NCBI RefSeq assembly: GCF_006345805.1
Contig: NC_043004.1
Location: 60,326,001 to 60,390,000 of the forward strand
Source of the DNA: Octopus sinensis
Lineage: Eukaryota
Length of the DNA stretch: 64,000 bases
Direction of reading: 5' to 3'
The notes under the pieces are model-generated. The model had not been told where the DNA came from, did not search any database, and saw only the letters and a list, made by a program, of their open reading frames with translations. The position numbers were made by a program, and so were the translations under genes. Shown piece after piece: positions 26,304 to 41,479 of the stretch (position 1 is the first letter of the stretch; the number at the start of each line of letters is the position of its first letter).

Positions 26304-26912
26304 GAGAGAGAGAAAGAGAATTAAAGGAGGATGAATGGAGGTATAAGCAAGTAGAGAATAAATGATCGATGGAAAGAAAAGTTGAAGGGAAGAATATGAG
26401 GTAAAGAAACTAAGAATAAAGACTTAAGTTGCAGATATTATTAGGTAAGCTGTAGATATTATTTGAAACAGCTGAAATAATGTTTTTCCAATAAAAATAA
26501 TTGTAAATATTTTCTTTATAAGTGTTGATCAGTGTATGTTTGGAAAAGAGGAAACCGTTCAAAGAGGACTTCCCCTTATCACAGGGAAATGATTTTGATA
26601 AAATTTTCCAATCGAAAAAAAATTGTGCATTAGTATCTCTCCTCTTTGTACGGACGAACAACTATTTGTCCTCTTTTCCAAACATACACTGGTCAACACA
26701 TATAAAGAACGTGTTTACAGGCGTTTACATTAGAGACAAACACTCTTTCAGCTACTTCGAATAACATCTAACCTTACCTAATAATATCTGAAACTTAATT
26801 TTTATTTTTACTTCCTCTACCTCTTATTCTTTCCTTTATCTTCTCTTTCCATCTATAATTTATCCTCTATTTGCTTATACCTCCAGTTCTCCTTTAATTC
26901 TCTTTCTCTCAT
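26304..26912. repeat. Old inverted repeat (arms about 26304-26552 and 26669-26912)
   Basis: Diverged purine-rich/pyrimidine-rich arms, e.g. GAGAATTAAAGGAG...GGAGGTATAAGCAA and its reverse complement. Confidence 0.7.
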
Positions 26913-27287
26913 CCTTCTCTTTTCTCCTTCTTTTCTTCTATTGTCCTGATTTATAACTTGTATAGGCTAAGAGAACAGTACTCGCAGATTGCTCGGGAAC
27001 ACTAGTTCTGTTATAAAAAAATATCTAGAAAACATCTGCAAAGGAAAACTATTTGTACAACATAACTACATACTGCTTGTGCGCGCGCACATGCATAAAC
27101 ATTCATAGATACATACACATATATGTATATATATATATGCATATATATATATATATATATACATAGAAATATATACATATATACATATATATATAATATA
27201 TATACATAGAAATATATACATATATACATATATATATATATACATATATATACATACATACATAAATACATACATATATATATATAC

Positions 27288-27378
<91 letters not shown>

Positions 27379-28178
27379 CATACATATATATATATAAATA
27401 GGAACAGTGTAAATGAGTGCTCAGCGAAACACGCATTAGTGATTAATTTTCCATAGCAATCAAGATGCATGCATTTTATATCAAAATATTTTTAAATCAT
27501 TGTTATTAAAAACGCTAGGAAAACCATTTCAAGAAAGAGTCACCTGCGGTGACATACAGCTTCATAAACATTGACGCCGAAACTTTGCAGTGGAATATAA
27601 ACCTAAGCATAAACATAATCTACCGAGATTCTATTTAATTAGTTGCAGAGCCTATAACATGAAACACCCAAGGGAGATAAATATTGCCAAAGATTTGTCA
27701 TAGCTAAATATATGTATCTTTTATTGTTTTTATATTTCGGATTCAAAAAGCTTTAACAATTTATACATTGAGTTGTACAGATAAATTTGCTGAAAAGCTT
27801 CTTAATATTATCTTTACTAACACGTTTTTAAAGGAGTCCCTATGGTGCAGTGCGAGATCTTTAAAATTGCTGTAAAAGTCGATTGATAATTGCTCTTGTC
27901 TTATCAATGAAACATCTTTCGCTCGATTCTCTTCAATTCTACATCAGGCGGCCATTTTGCCGCTTTTCTTTTCCTCGACTACAGAGAATTTCAGCTGTTG
28001 TTTGATCGATAAACTGAGCGTTTTATTATATCTTAAGTGACACAAATAACCTCATGAGCATCACACGCATAGACACATGACCATATATAGCTACACACAC
28101 ACACACACATTCACACACATGCAGATTCATGCATTTATAAATATGTACGTATAAATATAAGCGAACACAATATTAAAA

Positions 28179-29758
28179 CAGTGGTCCTCAACTATTTATG
28201 CCCTTGTTAATTATTGTGATTTGTTTTTATTTTTGTGATGAAACGAATGCATTTTGTCATGTTTGTTTACGAGTTATGTGACCAAAAATGCACAATTCGA
28301 GAAATTCTTCATTTCACGGGTTTTTTATTGATGGGTTTAAAAACAATTCCATATTTGAAATTATTCAAGACATAGGTTCATTGAATCTAATATGTTTTTT
28401 TAATATTCAATCGCATAGCCTTTTTTTATGACTGCTTCTACACGATTCTTGTACGTGTCCACAAGCTTCCTGCATGTCTCCTGTAGGATGTTGGTCCACT
28501 CTTCCTTGGAGAAAGTCTCGTGCTGGGTCAAGTTGGTCGGTTTCCTAGCCATGACTCTGGTTTTCAATCGCGTCACAAGTTCTCAATTGGATTCAGGTTA
28601 GTACTCTGAGTTAGCCATTCTAAGACATGTGATGTCATTGTCCTTGAACCAGTTCTTCACTATCTTGGCGATATGTCTCGAACCGTTGTCTTGTTGGTAT
28701 TTCCAGCTGTGGCCTAGTTGGGGTTTCTCAGCAGATTCCTTCATGTTTTCGTCATGGTTCCTGATGTAATCCTCCTTTCTCAAGATTCCTTAGACTTTGG
28801 CGGCGTTCCTTGTGCCACTGGAAGAGAATCATACCAATAGCACTATGTTTCCAACACCATGCTTGGCGGTGGGCACATTGTTCTTCGTCTTGTATACTCT
28901 TCCTTTCTTCCTCCCCACATATTCAGTATCCACATGGCAGAACAACTCCAACTTCGTCTCATAAGACCAAAGGATGGTTGCCAAAAGCTGAGATCTTGCT
29001 TCAGGGCCCTCTAGCAAAGGCAAGGCGAGCTTCCAGAAGAAGTATATTTACCGAAAATGAAAAAAAAGTTTAATTAAAAACAAAAACAGTGACGTCTTCT
29101 GAGGCCTTCGCGATGGAGACCTCTGTTCACGAGTCGCTCAATCGTGGACTGTGACTCATTCGTCTCTATCTGGTGCGTTTCAATTAGGGCCTTATTTGTA
29201 GTATGGGGTTGTTGTTAACCTCTCAACAGGTTTTCCTGCCAAGTTTGGGAGATACATTACTCTTCCTGCCACGCCCACTGAGATTTTTAACACTATTGAA
29301 CCTCTTCTACTAGTTGACTATGCTCTAGATGGTTGCCACAGGGATATCATACTGCTTTGAAATGGCCTTGTAAGCCTTTTCTTCAGTGTGGGCATGCACA
29401 AGACGTTGACGTAGGTTCTCACTGCACTCCCTCCTCTTGGCCATGATCATCAGGAACTAAGAATGACCAGAATAATTTTCCACTATTTATAATCTGCAGT
29501 TCTGGAAATAACTATACGACAAAGCTTAGCATATCCACAGGAAGCGAAAACAGAGGTGTGATTAATTCTGAACATGTACAAAAAGGAAATTTAGATCGTA
29601 TCTATTATCATGTAGATAAAGTTTAGCCAACACATAAGTGGATATGTGCATAGCAATTAGAAGACAAAAGATATACAGGGAGTATAATAGCTTTCAGAAA
29701 AGAAAAATGAAAAAGAAAGTTAGTCTCGATGGAGTATGAATAATTTTGAGGACCACTG
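28179..29758 (-). mobile_element. Full-length but inactivated Tc1-like transposon (1.58 kb)
   Basis: TIRs CAGTGGTCCTCAA.. at both ends; minus-strand WSYETKLELF, PTAKHGVG, YQQDNGSRH; frameshifts and stops. Confidence 0.9.
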
Positions 29759-30036
29759 GGTGTATATACATGTGTAGGAGTACAAATGTGTATATATACT
29801 CATACGATTATATATATGTGTGTGTGTATGTCTGTGTGTTTCTGCGTTTATGTATTAGGTATACATGTACGAATGTGTGTATGTGTGTATACATATGTAT
29901 ATAAATCTTTAACTTGGTTCAGCTTTAAAGTTGCTGAGGCACTACCTTTAAAATAATTGTGTTCCCATTTCAGGAATGGAAACCCAGCCGCATGCTACCG
30001 ACTGCATATATATTATATACATAGCTGTAAGTACAC

Positions 30037-30128
<92 letters not shown>

Positions 30129-30946
30129 ATGTATATGTATAAATATATATATATGTGTGTGTGTGTGTATGCGTGTGTCAGTGTGTGTGTGTGTGTATGT
30201 GTGTGTGTGTGTGTGTGTGTGTTTATACGCCAAACGCTTTCCACGGAGCATCATAACAAATTTGAGTTGTATCCCTTTGATATTATTACGTTGAATTGTA
30301 AGTAAAAATCCTAACGAGTTAAAGAAAGATGAAGTAAAAAATAAGCAAAGCTTTTGACAATTTGTATTCTCGAGTAACATTAACGCAGCCATCGATTATA
30401 ATCAGTTTTGGCAGGCTACAATGAAATAGTAATTATATTTTTCTTTTAAATTACAATAGTGAGAGGAATTGTGTTAGTTAATTAGTTTAATTATATTTTA
30501 ATTGCAATCTCACAACACATAACATTGTAAATTTAACTGCTGTTGCTTCTAGGAAAAGTCTCTTCTTCTCTTTCATCATCTCTCCTGCACAACTTTCTCC
30601 CCAACATCCACGCAGTCTTTTATTAGATACTGCTCACTGTTGCCAACTAGCCGTCAATAGCTATACTTCCGTCGAAAACGAAGGATTTCTACATCATTGT
30701 ACCATTCCCTACCCACTTCATCAACATCAGCATCACCATTAACGCCACCGCAGTCAACAAGATGAGAATGATATTTTGATATAATTCTCTTTGCTTTCTT
30801 TATTTTTAATATCATTTCCTCAGAATTTGTTAATATAATTAAGAGAGGAAATCAACAGAATATGATCATGTTTTGAATTTAATACAATTTAAAGATTGAT
30901 CCAGTAAGACAATATTCGTGCATACACGCACACGCACGCATATAGT

Positions 30947-30978
<32 letters not shown>

Positions 30979-31435
30979 CATGTATAAAGTGACAAAGTGA
31001 TAGGCATACCCAATATCTGACAAGAACTTAAACATTCAACAATTACACATATACATATATTCGCGTCTGTGCGTGAGCATTTGAGTCCCAACGTAGTATT
31101 TATTTCTAGTGCAAACTATTTTACCAATACAATTATAGATTATTGTTATTTTGCATGCAAACTAATATTCCGAACCATTAAAAAAAAATAATTCTAAAGA
31201 ACACGGAACAAAAAATGTATGAGAATCAACCTACGTTTTCTGTTAGATCTGAAACTTATTCTCTTTATTGAGATGCGACGAATTACCCAGGCATTGCTAT
31301 GTGGTTAAAAATCTTGATCTGCAAACATCTTATGGCTGTTTCAAATACCTGTGCGAGAAGCATTCAACAAAGTACTTTTGGCATAACGGTCAATTCTTCA
31401 GTAGCTCATGTTTTGAGCGGGGCAGCCTGGAACGG

Positions 31436-31502
<67 letters not shown>

Positions 31503-34245
31503 TTACACACAGTCAATAAGTGAAGTTTATAATTCTTCGTATTATGTTTTTTCCACGGTTTATAAAACTCGCTATTTTTCACAAAATACTACATGTTTAC
31601 ATGAATAATATAAATCTTACACTCTGCTCCCGCCTATCACACCTTGTCGCCTTAACAAGAAGACATTCAATAATCGAATCAATGTTATTCAACGAGGAAT
31701 GGTTATGAGTGAAGCGCCTTTAAGCCTCTACGCAATCTATAAAAGATTTCGGCTAAACACTTAAGTAATGATTTTGAAAAACATATAAATGTAACGTTGT
31801 TACATTCCTTACCTAATAAATACGTGACCTCATGTCTAAATATAAATCAGTATTTACTTTCATCCTACTTGTTTCACAGTTCAGACATCGTTCAGAGTTG
31901 ATCCTCCCTTTCGTTTGGCAGTAATAAATATATCGGCGGATTAAAGAGTCAAAAGAGACTATGACAAAGTGTACATTTACGAGGCATCGGTGATAATCTA
32001 TATTGGCATTTAACAACGAAGCTATAATTTATATCCAAATGAAAATGAAGAGTCCTGTAGTTAATTAGATGAATGGGATCGATTAAAGCGTTAATAAATT
32101 TTCGTACATCCAAAGTGCAACGCGGCATTGAATTTCATTTAGTTTAATGCACCGACATGAATATAGAGGTAAGTACAGCAATAAAATGTGTAACGGTTTA
32201 GTATCATGGAAATTTGTTTCATCATTTAGCAGAGACTAGTTTCAACTCTTGTAAAGTAGTTACAAGTTCACTTGCCATAGACATACGATATAAAGTTGTT
32301 GTTTGTCTGATCTCCTTTAAACTTAGAACATTTCTGATCAAACAGACTTATAAGGCAGCAATTTATAACCTTTGACAAATGCTGTTATTTTCAACCGCAA
32401 TATATCTAATATCACATTATTCGATATGTTTTTGGCTTTAGGATAGGTGTATGAGCCATTTGTGTTAATTTCTAGACTAAGGATTCCTGGTTAGATCTTT
32501 ACACGTGAAAGCTCATTTTGTTTTTTAATCTCTGGAAATCACTAATCCAATAAACTGTGTTAAAATGGACTTCTAATCATAAACATAATTTCCTTTCCGT
32601 ATATATATAGTAATAATTTGTCAAAACGATCGACATCTTTCTTGTATAAAGACGATAGCATGTAATTTGAAGAAATTTTGCTAGTATTTATAGCACATAG
32701 AATAATTCCGCAAAGGCTTCTCAATGTCTCATGTCATGTCTCATGTATTGCAGCAAAATTACTGATACAGCATAAGTTATCGTTGACCGTTCACGAATCT
32801 AGGCTGCTCTCACCTAGATGTGTTGGCTTGAATTCTTATCGGTGTTTCTGAAACTTAGTGGGTTCTTTTTTTAGGTAGTGTGTTGACGTTTTATGCCTGG
32901 AAGGAGGTGGTTCATATTGGTCTGGTTTCTATCATTTGAACTGTCTAGCTTGTGAGGCCCTAAAGCTTGCGTTCTGCTGACGATGCTCATACAATTACTG
33001 AGTTATATAGGCCACCACACCGCAGCAAATATTGCAACGTGTGGTGGGCGTCAACAATACATACTGCTAAAAGAATCAAGACAATAATACAAGCTGCGTC
33101 CTACATCTGATCAGCCTATTGATACATCACATAAACGAGTAATTATGTAAACTATAAAGAAATATAACTCAGTTAATAAACACTTGCTCACCTAGTAGAA
33201 AACAGATTCGCCCAGGTCGGAGTAATAGCTAAACACGAATAATTAGGACCTTACATTCGAAACAAGACTTAAGAGAAAAATATATACTTAGTTCTTTAAA
33301 ATCAAATTTATTTCACCAACGTGAAAAGATTTTAAATGACAGGAACAGTCTCTTTCTTTGAAACATAATAAACAATTAAGAAGCAGATAACATCTGTTGC
33401 GATAAATAAGCTCATGTACCAGCGCTTCCGTGGACAGCACCATTTAATTTCCGGGGAACGGAAATATAAGATGTGGCCTGAGCTGATTCCTGCTTTCCTG
33501 CGATTGCCCAAACAGATGTTAAATGATACAATTGAGTTTGAAATATCTAAATGGTTTGAAATCGAACTGAATTAAGATATGAAATTTCTGAGCAGAACTT
33601 TGTCATAAATATTGCTCTTAGGTAAATTTAGTAAAAGAAAAGATTTGGAATACGTTTCAATGTCGAAAACTGTTCTGTTTTGAAACCTCCGAGCATTTCT
33701 CAAAATCAGTGACTTCTCAAACGCATATATTTAGCGGACATCCTTTATTGTTAGGAGCATCTCGCACACTATTTGATAATCGATTATCTAATTTATTTTC
33801 TCGATTCTCTCTTAAAACGGGCGGTTGTTATTTCAGGGAGACTTGGCAGACATTTCATGTAAATAAAATGACTACATAGAAGCTCTCTAGATGCTATGTT
33901 TTTATTATTGGATTCTTAGGCAGAAGGCTAAAATTTGATAAGGCAACAAGAGATTTCATAACAAGTTCCTTGTAAGAAGCTATTTTGTTAATATGGTTTA
34001 GTGACCAAAATCTCATGTCACTTCTGGATTTTGGTCTCGGTTTAACCGTAAAACATTCGACTTATTGTTCAAAGCTATAAACAGGTTCATCGTAAACGTT
34101 ATCTGGGATTATATCATAGATCCTGTCCATTTGTGTTCATGAATATAACGTAGGTGGTGAAATGAAAATGATTCCTTATTATTTGAAATTACAAACGAAC
34201 GAACAATAAATTCTATTGTGGTTAATATAAATTAATGTTTAAATA

Positions 34246-36116
34246 AGAAATTCTAATTGATATATGCTACTGTGTGCTCACCAAAGTAGCCAATTTATAA
34301 AAATAGGTCTTCTGCACAGAAGGCGCGCATGGTAAATTTTTAGATCTTAGTATCTTAATTTCCATAATCAATAAATTTATTTTCCTCAAAATACCATATC
34401 TTTTGTATGTTCTAAGATATGTGCATATGTGGGTGGTGAATTTTCAGGTTGAAGAATATTTATAAAGTCTGGAATATGTCTGGAATAAAGTCTGGAATTT
34501 GATGCGTTTTTTGAGAATGGCAACTGATCAAATGAATAATTCCATGGTCAGAAGCAATATTCCATTTGCTAGTCAATGTTGAATTTATCTTTTAGTCAAG
34601 GAGAAAGTAAGTCTCTATGGTACATTAGACATTTCTGTTGAAGGGTTGGCGGACTGACCCGAATGCTTGAAATTGTATAGTGTCATGAGGTTGTTTTAAA
34701 CCAGCTAAAGGGTTATATCTATAAGCCAAATATGCCTTGGCGGGATGCGAGCTGAGAACGCAAAATGATGTAAGAAATAACGCAATGGCCCTGGTGCAAT
34801 GATGATAGAGTTCTACGAATCCAGCACCTAACATTGGCACATTTTATTCAACCGGGAAATTATGAATGTCAGATATGGCCCCCGTGAAGCCAACGCTCAA
34901 AATCGGAACAAATGCCTGAAGCACTATCGCTGCCTGTGGGCCATGTTTCAAAAGAGAAAGAGATTTTTGAAAATAAGTTGCTATTCATAACAATAATAAA
35001 GTACTGTGTCCACATTTAGTGCTATAATGACTAGAGGCATATGAGGCCGTTTTTGTCTATAGCAACAGGTGGACTTTACTATTCTTGTTAACAAACCACG
35101 AGTTAATGCACTTCGAGAAAACTTTGTCCCTTTTGATTTTTTGAATTTTATTTTTGGATAGCATATTTTTTTCTGAAAGGAAAACGGTCAAATTAAGCCC
35201 GAATACACAGTATATGGAAGGCGCTGTTTTAACCACTTTAAACACCAGGAAACTGAGAGTAACGTCCGAATGTTGTCTTAGCTTCTTTCGTTTTTCTACG
35301 TTGCACCATATGAATAACTACGTACGATTACGAAAAGTATACCGATAAATATCAATCAATACTTATATAAATAGATCAATAGGTATATACTGATGTTACA
35401 TACATAACTATGTGTCTTGATATTTGGTATGAAATAGAAAGAAAGAACAGCTTGGAAAATTAAATGATGTTAGTTCTGGAATTCAAACAATATATTCTCT
35501 TGAGATATTCTTTGATATGAAGAGCTTAACTAAATCAATTACTCCTTGACTATTTTCAGTTCAATTGTGTATTATGTTCCCATTTTTGTTTGTTGAAAGA
35601 CATACTTACACATATACGCACGCTCACATATATGCATGTTTAAACACATACATACATGCATACATATATGAGTATGTATGCATGAATATATGTGGGTGGA
35701 AGTAAGCAGAGAGGAAATTCCAATTACTTCCAAATACATCTGAGAAACATTATTCGTTCCAGAAAATTAATCTCAAATGAACCAACTGTGAAAAATACGA
35801 AAGTTCAGCTTAACGAAATTAAATGGTGATATAAAAGAGAATGAATGAGTATTATTTTAGAAAGCAGTGGAGTCAACTTCCGACATGTTCCAGACTTTAT
35901 AAATATTCTTCAACCTGAAAATTAACCACCCACATATGCAAATATCTTAGAACAGACAAAAGATATGGTATTTTGAGGAAAATAAATTTATTGATTATGC
36001 AAATTAAGATACTAAGATCTAAAAATTTACCATGTGCGCCTTCTGTGCAGAAGACCTATTTTTATAAATTGGCTACTTTGGTGAGCACACAGTAGCATAT
36101 ATCAATTAGAATTTCT
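34246..36116. mobile_element. 1.87-kb element bounded by 235-bp terminal inverted repeats
   Basis: Arms 34246-34480 and 35882-36116 are highly similar; no recognisable ORF or TSD. Confidence 0.65.
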
Positions 36117-36118
36117 AT

Positions 36119-36903
36119 TGACTCACCTAGTTCAGATTGGCAAAGGAAAAAAGTGGGATAAGCGGGTTCCACATGAACTCAATGAAAATCAGAAACTTCA
36201 ACGTTTGGAAGCCTGCGTTATGCTACTTTCTTGTCACTAAAATGAATCATTTTGGAATCGAATTGTAACATGTGATGAGAAATGGATCCAATACAGTAAA
36301 CGTTCAGCACAATGATTGGACAAAGTGGAGCCACCAAAACACAGTCCAAAAAGCAAAATTCTTCAAAAGAAGCTGATAGTGTGTGTTTAGTGGTCTGGCG
36401 TAGGTTTGATCCATTATGATTTCATTAAACCTGGTTCATCAATCACGGCCGAAGTATGCTGCAGTCAATTGGACTAAATGATGCAGACACTAACTAAAAA
36501 CAGCCTAGATTACCCAAAAGATCCACTCCTATTTTCTTACAAAACAATACCAGACCACACATCACAAAAATTACTTTGGCGTAACTACTGGAGTAGGAGT
36601 TGGAAGTTCTCCATCATCCACCATACTCACTTGGTCTTGCCCATTTGACTACCACTTCTTCCGGAATTTGGTTATCTTTTTGAAAGGAAAGCATTTAATT
36701 ACCACGATGCTGTAAAGCAGGACTTCCAAGATTTTATTGACTCTAGGCTTTAACAGTTCCGGGCTGGACAAAATAGCGCTGAAATGGCAAAAGTGTATCG
36801 ACAATATGGGTGCATACTTTAATGAATAAAACTATTCCTTTTCTTTATAAAACATTAAGAAACATTTTTCTTTACTACGAATTTCATACTTGACGACCTA
36901 ATA
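36119..36903 (+). mobile_element. Mariner transposon 3' relic
   Basis: VPHEL (36166), TCDEKW (36268), HPPYS (36615), FDYHFF; stops present; TIR-like end CTTGACGACCTAATA. Confidence 0.9.
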
Positions 36904-37464
36904 TATAAGTACATAAAAACGAACGTACATACATACATACGTATATACGTGTGTACGTACGTACATACATACATACATAGATACATACATACATAGATGC
37001 ATTCCTACACATATGAATGCAAACATACATATAGAGATCCAAACGTACATCCATTCATTCATACATACATCAGGGAGTTAAATAATGACACTTTAGCATA
37101 GGAACCTGTCCATTTCCCCGAATAATTAATAATATTTCCAATAAATTTTTCCATAAGTTCAAGCCTAATTCTAAAAAAAATTAAAGATGTCGTAAAATAA
37201 ATGGAAAGAACTTAACTATTTTGTAAAGATCATTGAATTAATAGAACAGCGAAATTAAACAAATGCACAAAATATAAAAAGAAAAGAAAGCTTCATTCAC
37301 CTTGGTGAGACAAGAACACAGAGTGAGCTATCGCAGATATCGGGACTATTGTGAAAAATTCCTGTGATATTTCAAAATGAACCAAGACCTATAACAGTTC
37401 TATAGAATGGTTAAAAATTATTTGATAGACATGAAGAGACTAAGAAATATATATACATATACAT

Positions 37465-37512
<48 letters not shown>

Positions 37513-37546
37513 TATATATATTATATATATATATATTATATATATA

Positions 37547-37595
<49 letters not shown>

Positions 37596-37695
37596 ATATA
37601 TAATATATATATATATATTATATATATATAAAACATTATTGGTGAATTGAAGAAATGGAGCTGAACGCAGATTGAACAGAAATCGTTTTATTTCA

Positions 37696-37775
37696 TTCTA
37701 CACGTGTTTCGAAAGGCACAAATTACCAAAATCCGATTGAATAATGGGACCATATTGTGTCTTTCTCTTCAGGAA
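37696..37775 (-). ncRNA. Type I hammerhead ribozyme motif (left arm copy)
   Basis: Exact reverse complement of 37908-37987. Confidence 0.8.
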
Positions 37776-37907
37776 GAAAAAAGGAAATCCGTTGGAAAAA
37801 CAAAAACAGAACAGAGGCGGAGCAAAAAACAAATCGAACTGTGCTCCTAAGAGCCCATGGCTCTTAGGAGTTTCGCCATGGGCTCTGAACGTTTAAGAGT
37901 TTTTTTC

Positions 37908-37987
37908 TTCCTGAAGAGAAAGACACAATATGGTCCCATTATTCAATCGGATTTTGGTAATTTGTGCCTTTCGAAACACGTGTAGAA
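37908..37987 (+). ncRNA. Type I hammerhead ribozyme motif
   Basis: UUC/GAA stem I (extendable); CUGAAGA at 37911-37917; helix II GAAAG-A-CACAA/UUGUG-C-CUUUC; GAAA at 37973; palindromic ACACGUGU; GUA triplet 37982-37984. Confidence 0.8.
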
Positions 37988-38203
37988 TGAAATAAAACGA
38001 TTTCTGTTCAATCTGCGTTCAGCTCCATTTCTTCAATTCACCAATAATGTTTTAATTTCAAATATCCGCACCAACGCACGGTTGCAACGCCAGATGGTTG
38101 TACCTCCAACCGTGCTGTTTACTGCTGTGATTTTTGCTACTAAGGGATCGGTTAAACTGTTGATTAATCTACTACAAGATTATTCATCTTTCTATTTCAC
38201 ATA

Positions 38204-38266
<63 letters not shown>

Positions 38267-38287
38267 TATATAATATATATATATATA

Positions 38288-38360
<73 letters not shown>

Positions 38361-38365
38361 TATAT

Positions 38366-38431
<66 letters not shown>

Positions 38432-38623
38432 ATAACCAGCATTCTGAAGTATTAAACAGAACCAATTACAGCAACAGGCTACAATTTTTGAAAAGAAATG
38501 CACCAGCTTACCGAACAAATTCGTGTCACTAAGATGGTGCAAATAATAATACTAATAATGACAAGATAGAAATGTCTTTTTCCGTGAAGAGACTGCGAAA
38601 GGCATGACACATATAAACATACA

Positions 38624-38841
38624 TACTCTTTTACTCTTTACTCTTTTACTTGTTTCAGTCATTTGACTGCGGCCATGCTGGAGCACCGCCTTTAGTCGAG
38701 CAAATCGACCCCGGGACTTATTCTTTGTAAGCCCAATACTTATTCTATCAGTCTCTTTTGCCGAACCGCTAAGTGACGGGGACGTAAACACACCAGCATC
38801 GGTTGTCAAGCAATGCTAGGGGGACAAACACAGACACACAA

Positions 38842-38896
<55 letters not shown>

Positions 38897-39062
38897 TACG
38901 ACAGGCTTCTTTCAGTTTCCGTCTACCAAATCCACTCACAAGGCTTTGGTCGGCCCGGGGCTATAGCAGAAGACACTTGCCCAAGATGCCACGCAGTGGG
39001 ACTGAACCCGGAACCATGTGGTTGGTTAGCAGGCTACTTACCACACAGCCACTCCTGCGCCT
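38624..39062 (-). mobile_element. SINE family A, full length
   Basis: tRNA-like head (GGCTGTGTGGTAAG, GGTTCAGTCCC), central (TA)/(CA) tract, (AAGAGTA)n tail. Confidence 0.9.
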
Positions 39063-40061
39063 GTATCACATGTATCAGTATATATATGTACGTGTGCATG
39101 AAGGTATGAGCGTAGCTATGCAGTTAGTGTGTTAGACACGCAATCATAAGATGATGGGTTCGATTGCATCGTGCGTTGTGTCCTTGAGACGGATATCATT
39201 CCACGTTGCTCCTACAATCTAGTACCTACAATCTACAAGAACAGCCCGTCTCTCTTTAGAGTTTTCCCCTCCTCGTGTTACCTTGGAATGTCATTTTTAA
39301 TTTAAATGCATAACTCGCTATTCTAATTGTACAGGAAATTTAGGTTACCCACTTTGATCTTCTGTAAAGAAATAATTTGTCATTCGACAATGAATTTCCA
39401 GAAATTATATTTAGGTCCTCAATGGCAGAATTTGAAATAAAATTTAGATCCTAACGTTATATCTTAGCCAAATGTAACACTTTTTAATATAAATGTAAGG
39501 ATAATATGTTGCATAAACATCGGAAAAAATATATTTGAGATACGCCTCATTGTAATAAAGATAAGTAACGTTGTAAAGGGCATCTTTAGAATATGTTCGA
39601 ACAAACTTGTCTAGGATGGATTTTCACATATGTAACAATAAAGAAAGAATACTTTGTTGTATGTTTTTACAATTTTCTCACAGTAAAACTGATAAATATT
39701 GTTAAATTTCGCGTCGGTCATTTCTTTCTTACCAAATAAACACACGGACTTCACTCCAGATTTATTATTGTTGTTACTTTATGTCCAATGTCAGGAAATC
39801 TTTTGTCACATATCTTGTGACCACTTCAGCGATACGCCACCACACTTGTCTCCTCTTGTTCTGCATATGCATGGGCGGCTGCAACACAGTTATCGTATAA
39901 CAAATTTACTAACAAGGGGCGATAATAGAAAGCACATTCCAAGGTGCCATAGTGTAAACTGAACCAGACACCGCATGGTTGCACAACAATCCTCTTAACA
40001 GAACCATGCCTGTGCCTACACATGCAAATGATGTCTGCATGTGTGTGTGTGTTTGTGTATC

Positions 40062-40100
<39 letters not shown>

Positions 40101-40261
40101 CGTACATTATGCATGTATTATTCATACACACACAACATATATATATATATATATACATATATATATTATATATATACATATATATATGTATATATATATT
40201 ATATATATATACATATATACATATATATAATATATATAATATATATATATATATTATATAT

Positions 40262-40294
<33 letters not shown>

Positions 40295-41479
40295 GTATTA
40301 AATGAATACAATAACAGCCATGCCAACAGTGTACGTATATATGTATATATGTATGTACAACTATCGCAGACTCATATTTATACGTTCAAAACTTTTACTC
40401 TTATTGCCTTTGTAGATGGTTCAAGTTGCATTATGTATGAAGAGTTAATTTTCTCTTTGATGTTTAAACAATACAAAAGTATTATTATAGTTTCCGTTGG
40501 TTGTTCTAACAAACACAATCGTACAACATCCAACGGGTGAATACTATAAAGTACCCGTTCTCGTGTTGGAAATAGACAATTGTTATCTGCTGGTTGTAAA
40601 AAAAATGCAGCAAAATAAATATCCATATTTATGCATTTCTCGTAATCGTGAAAATCAGAAACAAAAGATATATTTATTTACAAGGTTTTGTTCTCTAGTG
40701 TGACCTCACATGGAGTTATGTTCAAGTTTATAGTGCATCTGTCCAACTTCGACAATATAAAGTACTAAGCAAATACTAATCAAATATAGTCTGCACTAAA
40801 ATTTATTCACGTACAGTTGTACAAACTTTGCGTGGCGGGAGAGATCGGAACCATCATTAATACGATCATTACTACTACAATTATCATAATAAACAGTACT
40901 TTTTCCTTCACAATCAAAACTAAGACCACTAATATCTGGCACCATGCCTTTATCAGAAATCAATACTTATTTTATACGTCGATATCATTAGTGGCCGTCA
41001 CGAAAGCTCGCCAGATAAAATACATTGAGATATTTAGTGACGGTTCATTACACTAGGATTTGCAATCAGGCCGAAGTTAACTTTGCCTTTCATCATTTCG
41101 GTTTAATAAAATACAGTATCAGTCAAGTATTGATTTAATCAACAGTACCATTTCCTCCCGAATCTCTACCCTTAAGCCTGTGATAGAATTAATTCTTGTA
41201 TTATTCTGTGTTTTGCTTTGAACATTGGGACTTGAAATTACACTGGTGCATAATGCACATTTTAAAGTCCCTCTGTTGATTTAATTCTTCTAATAAAGGA
41301 CTACGTTTCGAAACGTTGGAATTTTATATGTTGTCTCCTTTTATTTTCTAATAAGTTAGGTAGTGTGGGGTAGTACCCATGACATTCTATATTTTCAGGG
41401 CAGCGTGATTAGTGGTAGATATGGAAGGAATCATTCGCAAACCAACAGTCTGATAAGAATGAGTGGAAAACATGGAATT

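Larger units (their letters stand above)
37630..38053. mobile_element. Perfect 153-bp inverted pair of an HHR-bearing repeat
   Basis: 37630-37782 equals the reverse complement of 37901-38053 with no mismatch by eye; 118-bp spacer. Confidence 0.9.

Noticed and set aside
27945-27960. YY1-like CAAAATGGCCGCC on the minus strand
   Set aside because: Single motif with an immediate stop after the ATG; no other promoter evidence
34638-34675. CUGUUGA-A-GGGU...ACCC-GAAU motif
   Set aside because: GAAA and helix III are corrupted; could be chance
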